Positions 26,295 through 36,216 of a DNA stretch of 64,000 nt are shown here, piece after piece. Under the pieces are notes generated by a model. The model had not been told where the DNA came from and did not search any database. It saw only the letters and a program-made list of their open reading frames with translations. The DNA lies in NCBI GenBank assembly GCA_017648065.1, contig JAGCJJ010000007.1, forward strand, positions 4,167-68,166. Direction: 5' to 3'. Origin of the DNA: Kiritimatiellia bacterium. Lineage in GTDB: Bacteria; Verrucomicrobiota; Kiritimatiellia; RFP12; UBA3636. Position 1 is the first letter of the stretch; every line of letters begins with the position of its first letter. The position numbers and the translations under genes were made by a program.

Positions 26295-27968
26295 GTGAAG
26301 CATATATTTGGAACAGTATTAGCTACTTTGGGTGCTGCAACTTTGTCAGCAGCAACATTAACTGTAACATCAACTTTAGATGATGATTCTGCAGGAACTC
26401 TAAGATCAGTTCTTGCCAGTGCTTCTGATGGAGATATCATTGTTTTTGATGATTCTCTGCAGGGGCAAACAATTAAAATTGTTCATAGAACACATGCTGA
26501 TTGGGCAATTCCTATCTTTGCATCTGTTTCAATTGTTGGACCAGAAGATAAGTCAATAACACTGGATGGTGGCTTTAATGGTGGTCAAGACAGCGGTTCT
26601 CGTATCTTTGCTGTAAATAATCCAAGTGCATCATTATCATGTAAAAATCTTGTTTTTCAAAATGCTAATGGCCGTGACTGGGGCTCACAAATTGCTTATG
26701 GTGGTGCAATTTATTCAGAGGGTGATGTCTTTCTAGATAGTTGCTCTTTTGTAAGTAATAGGGTAGGTGCTATCAAGATTTCAGGCCGTAAATCGGTTAC
26801 TGGTGGTGCCGCTGCACATGTGCTTGGTAATTTAACTGTTACAAATTGCGAATTTATTGGAAATATGGCTCCATCTGGACCTATCATGGGTTGTGTCCTT
26901 ATTCCTCTAGGTGATAATTTTGTAATAAAGAATAGCAATTTTATAGAGAATAAAAGTAGCTCCTATTGTGCAGGAATATGTATTTCTCCAGAGGTTAGCA
27001 ATGTATTGATTGAAGATTGTAACTTTATTGGTAATATAGCTGGAGGACATAGCTGTCGTGGCGGAGCAATTTATGTGTTGAGAAATACAGCTGCTAAAAT
27101 ATTGATAAACAGGTGTATTTTCCGTAATAACGGATTTAAAGGTACAGGTACATTAGGTGGTTCAATATACATGGATAGTGGTACAAATAAATTTGTTATT
27201 GCAAATTCAGAGTTCTCAGGATGTCGTACAGGTGGCGCAGGCGGTGGCAGTGTGCGTGTGGAAGGTGGTCACGAATGTATTTTAGTAAATTGTACAGCAG
27301 CTAATAATACAGCAGGCAGCCATGGAGCTGGCTTGGATTTACGCAGCCCTTCATATTTTGTTAATTGCACAGTTGTGGGTAATGCTTTATATAATCTAGG
27401 AGATAAGTCTGCCTCTGGAGGTATTTATCATGGCAGTACAAAGTTAAAACTCCTTAATACCGTTGTTGTTCATAATTACTATATGAACAGTGGTAATGTA
27501 GGAACTACTGGTAATATTTTCAATAAGATAAGTTCATCAGATTTATTGGCCACAGCATCATTGGCAGATGGTTCTGTGGCAGATGATGAGAAAGAGCTTT
27601 TTGCTGAGTATGGCACAATGGATAGAATTTATCAGCACTATGATACAAATCCAACTGAATTTGTTTTTGCTGAGCCAGTCCCTGTTCCTTTATTGAATAA
27701 CGATGAGAAGCGTTCTCGCGTTGTAGAAATAGCAAAGCTCGGTCCTCTTGACGGCAAGGGTTATCTTGTAAAGATGACAGATGATTTTTCTTATGTTGCA
27801 TATTCAAAAGACAGAGGTGCCACATGGACTACTTTCTATGGAGAGGAGTCTGATGGAGCAAAGCTACTTTTACATGACCAACGTGGTGTTCAATATAGCG
27901 AAAAGCGTGTACCAATTGGTGCCGCAGCATTTGATTTCCCACTATCAACAATTATTATGATAAATTAG
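26295..27968 (+). CDS. secreted right-handed parallel beta-helix repeat protein (Pmp-like GGAI/FxxN repeats)
   Basis: Signal peptide (GTG start). The N-terminal LTVTSTLDDDSAGTLRSVLASASDGDIIVFD is followed by repeated GGAIY/GGSIY and F(V/I)xN / CxF motifs: YGGAIYSEG...CSFVSN, CEFIGN, NFIEN, CNFIGN, RGGAIYV, CIFRNN, GGSIYMD. There is no C-terminal autotransporter barrel. Confidence 0.65.
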   Translation: MKHIFGTVLATLGAATLSAATLTVTSTLDDDSAGTLRSVLASASDGDIIVFDDSLQGQTIKIVHRTHADWAIPIFASVSIVGPEDKSITLDGGFNGGQDSGSRIFAVNNPSASLSCKNLVFQNANGRDWGSQIAYGGAIYSEGDVFLDSCSFVSNRVGAIKISGRKSVTGGAAAHVLGNLTVTNCEFIGNMAPSGPIMGCVLIPLGDNFVIKNSNFIENKSSSYCAGICISPEVSNVLIEDCNFIGNIAGGHSCRGGAIYVLRNTAAKILINRCIFRNNGFKGTGTLGGSIYMDSGTNKFVIANSEFSGCRTGGAGGGSVRVEGGHECILVNCTAANNTAGSHGAGLDLRSPSYFVNCTVVGNALYNLGDKSASGGIYHGSTKLKLLNTVVVHNYYMNSGNVGTTGNIFNKISSSDLLATASLADGSVADDEKELFAEYGTMDRIYQHYDTNPTEFVFAEPVPVPLLNNDEKRSRVVEIAKLGPLDGKGYLVKMTDDFSYVAYSKDRGATWTTFYGEESDGAKLLLHDQRGVQYSEKRVPIGAAAFDFPLSTIIMIN

Positions 27969-28022
27969 ATTTGGTGTTGAATGTAATTAAATTTGATGCA
28001 CCTTACTTGCTGATTACTTTTT

Positions 28023-29006
28023 ATGATAGAAAAAACAAAGCATAAGCTAAAATTTCGTGAAGATGGAACCTTTAGGGTTTTAATGATGTCTGATTTGCAG
28101 GAATCAACGCATTATGACCCACGCTCTTTAAGATCGGTAGAGGTGCTTGTTGATGAGGCAGATCCGGATTTAGTTGTTTTTGGCGGTGATAATTGTAATG
28201 GTCATGAAATATCTAGTGATGAAGAACTTAAAGAGTTTTTAAGCATTTTTACATCTGTTCTTGAAACTCGTCAAATTCCTTGGGCTCATGTCTTTGGAAA
28301 TCACGATCATGAGGTTCCTATAGATATTGGTGTTCATCAATCTGTTTATGAGTCATTCCCAATGTGTGTGTCTTCTCATACAGGGGATGATGTTCATGGT
28401 AAGACAAATTTTTTATTGCCTGTTTACAACAAAAATGATGAGCCTGCTTTAGCGATTTGGTGTTTAGATACAAATTATACCATTAATTCAAAGCAGGAGT
28501 GGATCTGTGAACTTTCACGAAATGGTGGCAGGCTTCCATTTGAACCAAACACAATTTCCAATGACATAGGTTTTTGGGGAGCATTATTTGCAGATCAATT
28601 ACTTTGGTATAATGATAAATCTGTTGAGTTAGAAAAACTGGCAGGCAGGAAGGTGCCAGGTCTCCTTTGCATGCATATTGGAGTGAAGGCATATTGTTTA
28701 GCTCAGAGTTTACCAAAAGATTATATTAAATCCGGAAATTATGATGAAGTATTTAATGGTTTGGCTTTGGATCCAGGCCTTTTTGAAATGCTTAAACACA
28801 GGGCGGATATCATAGGAATAAGCTGTGGGCATACTCATAGAAATGATTTTGAAGCTGAGGTTGATGGAATTCGTCTGTTTTGGGATGCGTCCGTTGGGTA
28901 TCGATGCTATGGTGTTGATGAGCGCCGAGGCGGAAGATTATTCATTTTTAATGAGGAAAATCCTACAGAATTTAAGAGTAGAATGATTCGCACTTTAGGA
29001 AAATAA
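28023..29006 (+). CDS. calcineurin-like metallophosphoesterase
   Basis: Motifs MMSDLQ, GGDNCNG, GNHDHE and GHTHRND in the canonical order. Confidence 0.8.
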   Translation: MIEKTKHKLKFREDGTFRVLMMSDLQESTHYDPRSLRSVEVLVDEADPDLVVFGGDNCNGHEISSDEELKEFLSIFTSVLETRQIPWAHVFGNHDHEVPIDIGVHQSVYESFPMCVSSHTGDDVHGKTNFLLPVYNKNDEPALAIWCLDTNYTINSKQEWICELSRNGGRLPFEPNTISNDIGFWGALFADQLLWYNDKSVELEKLAGRKVPGLLCMHIGVKAYCLAQSLPKDYIKSGNYDEVFNGLALDPGLFEMLKHRADIIGISCGHTHRNDFEAEVDGIRLFWDASVGYRCYGVDERRGGRLFIFNEENPTEFKSRMIRTLGK

Positions 29007-29182
29007 TTTTTTACGGTATCTAGGTTTTTCGAGTATAATTAAGTAAATCCATTAGAAGCTTCGCTTTCTTAGTTGCCAAACTTACATTCAACTATCGTTT
29101 TTAGGTTAAATAGTGTATAGCTCAAAGCATTTAATTTTACGAAAAACGTAAAAATCATATTGTTTTGGTTATTGAATTTAAG

Positions 29183-29211
29183 TTGAACCTTTGGGGGTAA
29201 TGTGTTAAAAT
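29183..29211 (+). promoter_or_regulatory. putative sigma70-type promoter (TTGAAC-17-TAAAAT) upstream of coaX
   Basis: Read directly, 40 nt upstream of ATG 29251. Confidence 0.35.
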
Positions 29212-29250
29212 ATATCTAAATATTTTAATGAGCGAATTAAAGAGGGTTTT

Positions 29251-30006
29251 ATGTCTGCTATTCTTATAGATGTAGGAAATACTTCAACCACAATAGGTAG
29301 GTGGGAAAATGATAAAGTCACTGAGATTGTTGCGGTTAAGGGTGGTATTAAAGATCCAAGCAAAGTCGCTACTGCATTAGAGGAGCTTCGTGCTAAGGAG
29401 TGTTCAGGGGCAATGCTAGCGTCAGTTGTCCCTGCGGTAAACGATACATGGCGTTGGATGCTTGAGAGTGTGGTAGGAATAGAGCTTGATATTCTTTCTG
29501 TAAGTAAGCATAAGCTACCAATAGGTATAAAATATCCAAATCCAGAGCAAATTGGTGCAGATCGTATTGCTGATGCAGTTGGTGCGGTAGTGCGTTATGG
29601 GCATCCAGTAATTGTGGCAGATTTTGGTACAGCTCTTACATTTGATGTTGTAGATAACGAATGTAACTACATTGGTGGAGCGATTGCTCCTGGTTTGCCA
29701 CTTATGACAGAATATTTACATGAGCGAACAGCAAAGCTCCCTTTAGTTACTCTTGATGATGATTTCCCTAATAAAGGTGATTCAACTGAGAATGCAATGA
29801 AACTTGGAGCAAAATTGGGCCATCGTGGTATGGTACGCGAGATTTCTACATTTTTAAGGGATGAGGTTTTGAAAAACAAGAATGCTGTACTTTGTGCAAC
29901 AGGTGGCTATGCAGAATGGGCTCTGGATGGGCTAGATATGGATTGCCATATTGATTATGATTTAACATTGTTTGGTTTAGGTGTAATATATGTACAAAAC
30001 AAATAG
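29251..30006 (+). CDS. coaX: type III pantothenate kinase
   Basis: ILIDVGNTSTTIG, GADRIADAVGA, VADFGTALTFDVV, GGAIAPG. Confidence 0.9.
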   Translation: MSAILIDVGNTSTTIGRWENDKVTEIVAVKGGIKDPSKVATALEELRAKECSGAMLASVVPAVNDTWRWMLESVVGIELDILSVSKHKLPIGIKYPNPEQIGADRIADAVGAVVRYGHPVIVADFGTALTFDVVDNECNYIGGAIAPGLPLMTEYLHERTAKLPLVTLDDDFPNKGDSTENAMKLGAKLGHRGMVREISTFLRDEVLKNKNAVLCATGGYAEWALDGLDMDCHIDYDLTLFGLGVIYVQNK

Positions 30007-30880
30007 ATTGAATTCAATTGGTGGAACACTCCATACTTTTAATGATTTTTGTTATTACTGGTCACAGCGTAAAGAGCCATCTCATAAATGGCCTAGCTGG
30101 CATAACCATACTGGTTCTTTCCCAAGATTTTCAAATTGTCCAACGCTTGGACTTTCAGTAGAGCGTTATAAATTGGAAATGGAAATCAATAAGGAAGCAT
30201 GGGAGCTGTTTGCTATTACAGATCATGCTCATGCAATTGCTATTGAGGAGCAAAATATCGCATGGCCATATAATTGGTATGATAGCTTTGAGATACCAGA
30301 ACGATATATGAAATCTGGATTTACAGAGCGACGTTATCGTGAGTATGTTGAGCGTGGAGATGCTTTGCGTGATGGAGAGAAGTTCCTTTCAGGAATTGAG
30401 GTTGAGGTTGATTCTCAAGGACGCTGCCTAGTTCCTGATTGGGTTTGGGAGCATATGGATGTTGTAATTGGTTCAGTGCATCATAACCCAATAAATGAAA
30501 AAACATGGGTTGAAGATTTCTTCATGTACTTGGATCGTATTCTAAAACTTCCTTGTGATTTTATTGGGCACCCAGTGCGTGCAATCCGTCGTTTCTCAAC
30601 ACAGACCCACACCCTGCCACATGAAATTCTTGATGAGGTGATTAAGAAGCTTAATGATAAAGGGTCAGCTCTTGAAATTAATGCTCATTATCCTCAATTT
30701 GCTGATGACGTATATCTATTACGTCGTGCATATGAAAAGGGTATGGAAATTGCTTTTTCTTTGGATTTGCATTATCCAGAGGAATTTGGAAATTGGCGTT
30801 ACTTTGAAGATGTAGTAGAAATGTCAGAAATTCCTTTTGAAAAATTAAAGCTATTTACTCCTAAGGGATTAAAGAAATAA
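29990..30880 (+). CDS. PHP-domain (histidinol-phosphatase-like) metal-dependent hydrolase, divergent
   Basis: ITDHAHAI, GSVHH, IGHP and a TIM-like spacing of His/Asp residues. The N-terminal first motif looks degenerate. It overlaps the coaX 3' end by 17 nt. Confidence 0.5.
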   Translation: MYKTNRLNSIGGTLHTFNDFCYYWSQRKEPSHKWPSWHNHTGSFPRFSNCPTLGLSVERYKLEMEINKEAWELFAITDHAHAIAIEEQNIAWPYNWYDSFEIPERYMKSGFTERRYREYVERGDALRDGEKFLSGIEVEVDSQGRCLVPDWVWEHMDVVIGSVHHNPINEKTWVEDFFMYLDRILKLPCDFIGHPVRAIRRFSTQTHTLPHEILDEVIKKLNDKGSALEINAHYPQFADDVYLLRRAYEKGMEIAFSLDLHYPEEFGNWRYFEDVVEMSEIPFEKLKLFTPKGLKK

Positions 30881-30895
30881 AATTTACTAACGATA

Positions 30896-32821
30896 ATGTA
30901 TAGAAGACAATTTAAGCACCATCTTTGGTCAGGGTATAAAATCTATATGCGTAATTTCCCGCATATAAAGCTAGCGATTTCTGTCGTGGCTGTTGTTTTT
31001 GTCCTCTTTATATTGTTTATTCTTAGAATATTAGCTCATGAGGTGCCACAAACATGGGTGGAGAAGCTTGAAGATGAGCTGTCTACTGATGCTTTTTATG
31101 TAGAGTTAAATGGTGTCTCAATTTCTTTGACTCGAGGGATTAGTTTTAATAATATTGCGGTATATCCTAAAAGGGTGGTGGAGCAGCCTATTGCAATAGC
31201 CAGCCAGGTTCATTTTGATTTAGAACTATTTGCACGAGGTTCTCTCTTAAATCGAATTAAATCTATCAAAATTGATAAGTTCAAATTATCAAGGCAGGAT
31301 ATAGCGATAGAAGAAAGCTCCGAAGAAGAGATAACTGTGTTACCTCAACTTGCTCCTGTGAGTATTTATTGTCGAAGAGCTGATATTTTTGGCCTTCTTG
31401 CTAATGAAATTAGTGCAGAGATTGCAATTAAAAACACCACAATTACTTGTAATGAAATTAAACTTTCTTTGACCGAACCAAATGAAAGATATCAACAGGA
31501 AGCATCTGGCTTTGTCAGCTATGATATTTTGAAGAATAAATTAGATTTTTATGGCGATGGACAGCTTAAGGTAGAGTCTGTTATACCAATGTTTGACAAG
31601 CTTGGGTTGAATGGGTTGAATAGAGAATTAGAAAAGATAGAATTTCCTGATGTTTCTCCAAATATTAATGCACATATAAGATATTCGCCTTCAGAAAGTG
31701 TGTATAGCTTGGACCTTCATGTAGATGCTGCGCACACTATGTATAATGGTGTTGATTTTAATTCTGTTATGCTCTATTTAAAGGCACATGGTACCAATGA
31801 TTGGTCTAATGTCGACATTAATTCTCTTGTCGGAAGACGTCCAGAAGGTCATTTATCAGGCTCATTGTTGATTGATTTAGATAAAAATTTGCTTTATTTT
31901 AATGCTGATTCACATATCCGACCATCTCATTTGTTGACAGCAATAGGTATTCTTGATGAAATTGAGCAATTCCCACTAGAGGTAGAATTACCTTGCACGA
32001 TGCGAGCAAGTGGTGCTGTTGGTATTTCAAATGAAACTGCTCCGGCCCTAAAAATTAATGGAAATGTTGAAGCTCATTCTATCAGTTTCAATGGAACAAT
32101 GTTTGAAAATGCTTCTGCAAAAGTTGATATGAATTATGAATCATGGGATGCAAAGGAACTAGAGGCCGAACTGTATAATGGTCCATTAGACGGTAAGATA
32201 GTAATTACTCCAAAATATGTTCCTAATGAAGGTCTCTCTCTTGAAAATGTAAATTTTGCTGCTGATTTTAATGTTGTTAATGCAATGCTTGATTCCGTAA
32301 TTAAATCCAGTAATTTAGGGTCACCAGAGACAGACGATATTAGTGGTTTTGTTAATTTTAACGGATACGTCAATTTCGATATATCAGGTTCAAAAGATGA
32401 TTTGAAGACAATGGTCGGAGCTGTCAAACTTGATGTGCAAGAGGCAAATCTTTATCGAATACCATTGTTTGCTGGGTTCACTGATATTTTGTTGAATAAT
32501 GTGCCAGGATTAGATTTCGTATTGACGCAAAACAGTCTTAAAGCAGAGTTAGATATTCGTGATGAATATGCATATATTGACTCTATTAAGATAGTTGGGC
32601 CGGCTTTAAGTTTAACAGGTGCAGGAAAGCTTGATTTTAATGGAAATCTTAACGCGAAGATAATGGTAAGTCTTTTGAATCAAGACACATGGGTTGGTAA
32701 AGGGTTGCAGTTGTTATTGTTCCCTTTGTCTAAGATTTTCGAGCTTAAAGCAGAGGGGCCGATTGAAGATTTAGAGTGGTCCTCATCTACATTGAGTGGT
32801 AATTCTAATACTACTAAATAA
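30896..32821 (+). CDS. membrane-anchored AsmA-like protein (tentative)
   Basis: One N-terminal TM (LAISVVAVVFVLFILFIL), then repetitive beta-rich segments. The C-terminal ...VGPALSLTGAGKLDFNGNLNAKIMVSL resembles AsmA/TamB-type ends. No firm motif. Confidence 0.4.
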   Translation: MYRRQFKHHLWSGYKIYMRNFPHIKLAISVVAVVFVLFILFILRILAHEVPQTWVEKLEDELSTDAFYVELNGVSISLTRGISFNNIAVYPKRVVEQPIAIASQVHFDLELFARGSLLNRIKSIKIDKFKLSRQDIAIEESSEEEITVLPQLAPVSIYCRRADIFGLLANEISAEIAIKNTTITCNEIKLSLTEPNERYQQEASGFVSYDILKNKLDFYGDGQLKVESVIPMFDKLGLNGLNRELEKIEFPDVSPNINAHIRYSPSESVYSLDLHVDAAHTMYNGVDFNSVMLYLKAHGTNDWSNVDINSLVGRRPEGHLSGSLLIDLDKNLLYFNADSHIRPSHLLTAIGILDEIEQFPLEVELPCTMRASGAVGISNETAPALKINGNVEAHSISFNGTMFENASAKVDMNYESWDAKELEAELYNGPLDGKIVITPKYVPNEGLSLENVNFAADFNVVNAMLDSVIKSSNLGSPETDDISGFVNFNGYVNFDISGSKDDLKTMVGAVKLDVQEANLYRIPLFAGFTDILLNNVPGLDFVLTQNSLKAELDIRDEYAYIDSIKIVGPALSLTGAGKLDFNGNLNAKIMVSLLNQDTWVGKGLQLLLFPLSKIFELKAEGPIEDLEWSSSTLSGNSNTTK

Positions 32822-33042
32822 ACGTGTGCATTTTATATTTATGCACTTATGTTTTTCATACTCAAAAACACTTTGAGTTATATTGTCAAAAAGCTTTTAT
32901 TTTTTTGTTTTTTGGCGTTCTTTCATAGATATATAATTGCTTTTGTTTTAACATTTTGCTATTATATATATGTTTAATTCGTAATGAAAGTTTTTTGGCA
33001 TTTTTTATGCCAAATTTATATATTTGATTTTAAGGAATAAAA

Positions 33043-36000
33043 ATGAATCTTTTTGCTAAAATTTTTGGAACAAAGCGTGCTCGCGATGTTAAGAAATTGC
33101 GCCCATATGTAGAGGCTATTAATCGCTTTGATGAGCAGTATAAATCACTTTCAGATGATGAACTACGTGCAAAGACACCTGAATTTAAAGAGCGCTTGAA
33201 GAATGGTGAAACTCTTGACGATATTATGTGCGAGGCTTTTGCTGTGGTAAAGAATGCTTGCCGCAGAATGTGCGGTAATGAATACGAGGTATGCGGTCAT
33301 ACTTTAAGATGGGAAATGGTGCCATTTGATGTTCAGCTAATGGGTGGTATTGTTCTACATCAAGGTAAGATTGCAGAAATGCAGACTGGTGAAGGTAAAA
33401 CACTTGTTGCAACACTTCCTTTGTACCTAAATGCACTTACAGGAAATAACGTTCATCTTGTTACTGTTAACGATTATTTGGCATTGCGTGACTCCCAGTG
33501 GGTTGGCCAGGTATTTAAGTGGCTTGGTCTGACAGTTGGTTGTATTCAAAATACAATGAATCCAATGCAGCGCCGCGAGCAATATGCTTGTGATGTTACT
33601 TATGGAACAAACTCTGAGTTCGGTTTCGACTATTTGCGTGATAATGGTATGGCAACCTCTGCTCAGGAGCAAGTACAGCGTGGATATAGCTTTGCTATTA
33701 TCGACGAGGTGGACTCAATTCTTATCGATGAGGCTCGTACTCCACTTATTATTTCCGGTCCTGCACCACAAACAAATCAGCAGTACTCTTTATTGCAGCC
33801 AAAGGTAGAGCGCTTGTATCGTAAGCAGTTACAGCTGGTTGATCAGCTATTTACAAAGGTTGAAGCAGCAATCAAGGAAGAGAATCGTGATGCTTCTTTG
33901 AAGTATATGTATCAGATTTATCATGCAATGCCAAAGCATCCTCGCTTGCTACAGATGTTTGAAGAGCCATCTGTCCGTAAGCTTCATGAGGATGTTGAGA
34001 ACATGATGCTTACAGAGATGCATAAGGAAGACTCTCGTAGATTCAGAGAGGAGCTATACTTCACAATTGATGAGCGTACTCGTGAAGCAATTTTGACAGA
34101 TAATGGTTGCACAGAGTTAAATCCTGCAGATCATGAAATGTTCGTACTTCCTGATATTGTTGCAATTATGTCAGCAATTGATGCAGAAGGCTTATCAAAT
34201 GAAGAGCGCCAGATGAAGCGTCAGGCAGCTCAAGCAGATTTTGCAGAGAGAAGCGAGCGTATCCATACAATTGACCAGCTTCTAAAGGCTTATTGCTTGT
34301 ACGAAAAGGATACAGATTATGTTGTTATGGACAACAAGGTTCTTATCGTTGATGAATTCACAGGACGTATCCTACCAGGCCGCCGTTGGTCAGATGGTCT
34401 TCACCAAGCAGTTGAAGCTAAGGAAGGCGTAAAGATTGAGCGCGAGACTCAGACTCTTGCAACAATTACAATTCAGAACTACTTCCGTATGTACAAGAAG
34501 CTTGCTGGTATGACAGGTACAGCTGAAACAGAGGCTTCTGAATTTAATGAGATTTATCGCCTTGATGTAGTTGTAATTCCAACAAATCGCCCAATTCGTC
34601 GTGTAGATAGCAATGACTTGATGTATCGCACACAGCGTGAGAAGTTCAATGCAATTATTGACGAGGTAAAGGAGTGTCATAGAAATGGACAGCCAGTGCT
34701 TCTTGGTACTGTTGCTGTTGAAACATCAGAAATTCTTTCTCGTTTATTTAAGCAGGCTGGTATTCCACACAATGTATTGAATGCAAAGAATCATGCACGC
34801 GAGGCAGAGATTGTTGCACTTGCAGGTCAGCCAGGAGCAGTAACAATTGCAACAAATATGGCTGGTCGTGGTACTGATATTAAGCTTGGAGAGGGCGTTG
34901 TTTGGACACCTCGTGAGTTGATACAGTCACAAACAAGTCTTGATGATAAGCCACAGGGTTATCCAAAGACATTACGCGAGCTTCTTGAGGAGCGCCCTTG
35001 TGGTTTGCGTGTGATTGGCTCTGAGAGACATGAGTCTCGCCGTATTGACCGCCAGCTACGTGGTCGCTGTGCTCGTCAGGGTGATCCAGGTTCTTCACGC
35101 TTCTACGTTTCTCTTGAGGATCCTCTAATGCGTCTGTTTGGTTCTGACCGCATTGCAGGCATGATGGCTCGCATGGGTTATAAGGAAGGTGAGCCAATTC
35201 AAGCAGGCCTATTGAATCGCTCAATTGAAACAGCTCAGCGCAAGGTTGAGCAGCGTAACTTCTCAATTCGTAAGCGTACACTTGAATATGATGACGTTAT
35301 GAATCGTCAGCGCGAGGTGATTTATGGCTTCCGTTCTGATGCGCTATCAAGCGAAAATGTTCATGATTTAATTCTTGATATTTTCAATGATATTATCATG
35401 ACTCAATGCGAGAAGTTTATCATTTCAGAGAAGGATTCTCGTCTAGGAGAGCTTGTTGAGTGGGCAAACAGTGTATTCCCAATTCCTCTAGCAGAAGCAG
35501 ATCTTGTTCAATTCAAGGGTAAGGCAGAGGAAGCAGCTAAGTTTATTATGAATTTGGTTGAGGAAGCATATCAGCTAAAGTGCTCAATGGAAACACCAGA
35601 TCGCCTAATGGATTTGGAGCGCTATGTAATGCTTCGTAGTGTTGATACAGAGTGGCAAACATATTTGCGTTCAATGGACGATTTGCGCGGTGATGTTCGT
35701 CTTCGCTCTTATGCACAGCGCGATCCTCTAGTTGAGTATAAGCGTGAGGCTTCAATCATGTTCTACGATTTGATGGAGCGCATTAAGCTTAATGTTTGCA
35801 CAGCAGCATTCCGTTCTGCAACCTCACTAGAGGCAATGCAAGGCTTTATGTCTCGTATGGCAATGTCACGCCGCGTTAAGACAAATAATCCTGAGGATCA
35901 GGCTTCTGTATTAGCTCAAGCAACCGCTGCAGCTTCTGGTGTGAATCAGCAGGCAGCAAGAGCTGCACAGGCTAGCCGTGTTGCTTCTGCACCAGCAAGC

Positions 36001-36189
36001 AACAGCGTAAGCTCAGATGCTTTTGATAAGGCTCTTGCAATGGCAGAGAAGGCACAAGCAGCTCGCGCAGCAGCTGAGAATGGTGCTGCACGTGGTCCTG
36101 TCAAGGCAGCTGTTTCAGTTGGTCGTAATGATCCTTGCCCATGCGGAAGTGGTAAAAAATATAAGAAGTGTTGCGGGGCAAATTCGTAA
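33043..36189 (+). CDS. secA: preprotein translocase ATPase SecA
   Basis: MQTGEGKTLVATLP, DEVDSILIDEARTPLIISG, TNMAGRGTDIKLG and a C-terminal zinc motif CPCGSGKKYKKCCG. A long Ala/Gln-rich linker precedes the zinc finger. Confidence 0.97.
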   Translation: MNLFAKIFGTKRARDVKKLRPYVEAINRFDEQYKSLSDDELRAKTPEFKERLKNGETLDDIMCEAFAVVKNACRRMCGNEYEVCGHTLRWEMVPFDVQLMGGIVLHQGKIAEMQTGEGKTLVATLPLYLNALTGNNVHLVTVNDYLALRDSQWVGQVFKWLGLTVGCIQNTMNPMQRREQYACDVTYGTNSEFGFDYLRDNGMATSAQEQVQRGYSFAIIDEVDSILIDEARTPLIISGPAPQTNQQYSLLQPKVERLYRKQLQLVDQLFTKVEAAIKEENRDASLKYMYQIYHAMPKHPRLLQMFEEPSVRKLHEDVENMMLTEMHKEDSRRFREELYFTIDERTREAILTDNGCTELNPADHEMFVLPDIVAIMSAIDAEGLSNEERQMKRQAAQADFAERSERIHTIDQLLKAYCLYEKDTDYVVMDNKVLIVDEFTGRILPGRRWSDGLHQAVEAKEGVKIERETQTLATITIQNYFRMYKKLAGMTGTAETEASEFNEIYRLDVVVIPTNRPIRRVDSNDLMYRTQREKFNAIIDEVKECHRNGQPVLLGTVAVETSEILSRLFKQAGIPHNVLNAKNHAREAEIVALAGQPGAVTIATNMAGRGTDIKLGEGVVWTPRELIQSQTSLDDKPQGYPKTLRELLEERPCGLRVIGSERHESRRIDRQLRGRCARQGDPGSSRFYVSLEDPLMRLFGSDRIAGMMARMGYKEGEPIQAGLLNRSIETAQRKVEQRNFSIRKRTLEYDDVMNRQREVIYGFRSDALSSENVHDLILDIFNDIIMTQCEKFIISEKDSRLGELVEWANSVFPIPLAEADLVQFKGKAEEAAKFIMNLVEEAYQLKCSMETPDRLMDLERYVMLRSVDTEWQTYLRSMDDLRGDVRLRSYAQRDPLVEYKREASIMFYDLMERIKLNVCTAAFRSATSLEAMQGFMSRMAMSRRVKTNNPEDQASVLAQATAAASGVNQQAARAAQASRVASAPASNSVSSDAFDKALAMAEKAQAARAAAENGAARGPVKAAVSVGRNDPCPCGSGKKYKKCCGANS

Positions 36190-36216
36190 ATTTTGTGAGC
36201 TTAGGAGCAAAATAAT

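Noticed and set aside
24112-29006. Whether the 24-29 kb block (repeat protein, Pmp-like protein, phosphoesterase) is a horizontally acquired island
   Set aside because: There are no flanking direct repeats, tRNA, integrase or obvious compositional break visible by eye. The block looks accessory but cannot be called a mobile element.
29135-29153. Inverted repeat TTTTACG-AAAAA-CGTAAAA (with a third TTTTACG at 29009) upstream of coaX, as a regulator binding site or terminator
   Set aside because: It is very AT-rich with a 7-bp stem, has no convincing U-tract, and has no nearby regulator gene. Chance occurrence is likely.
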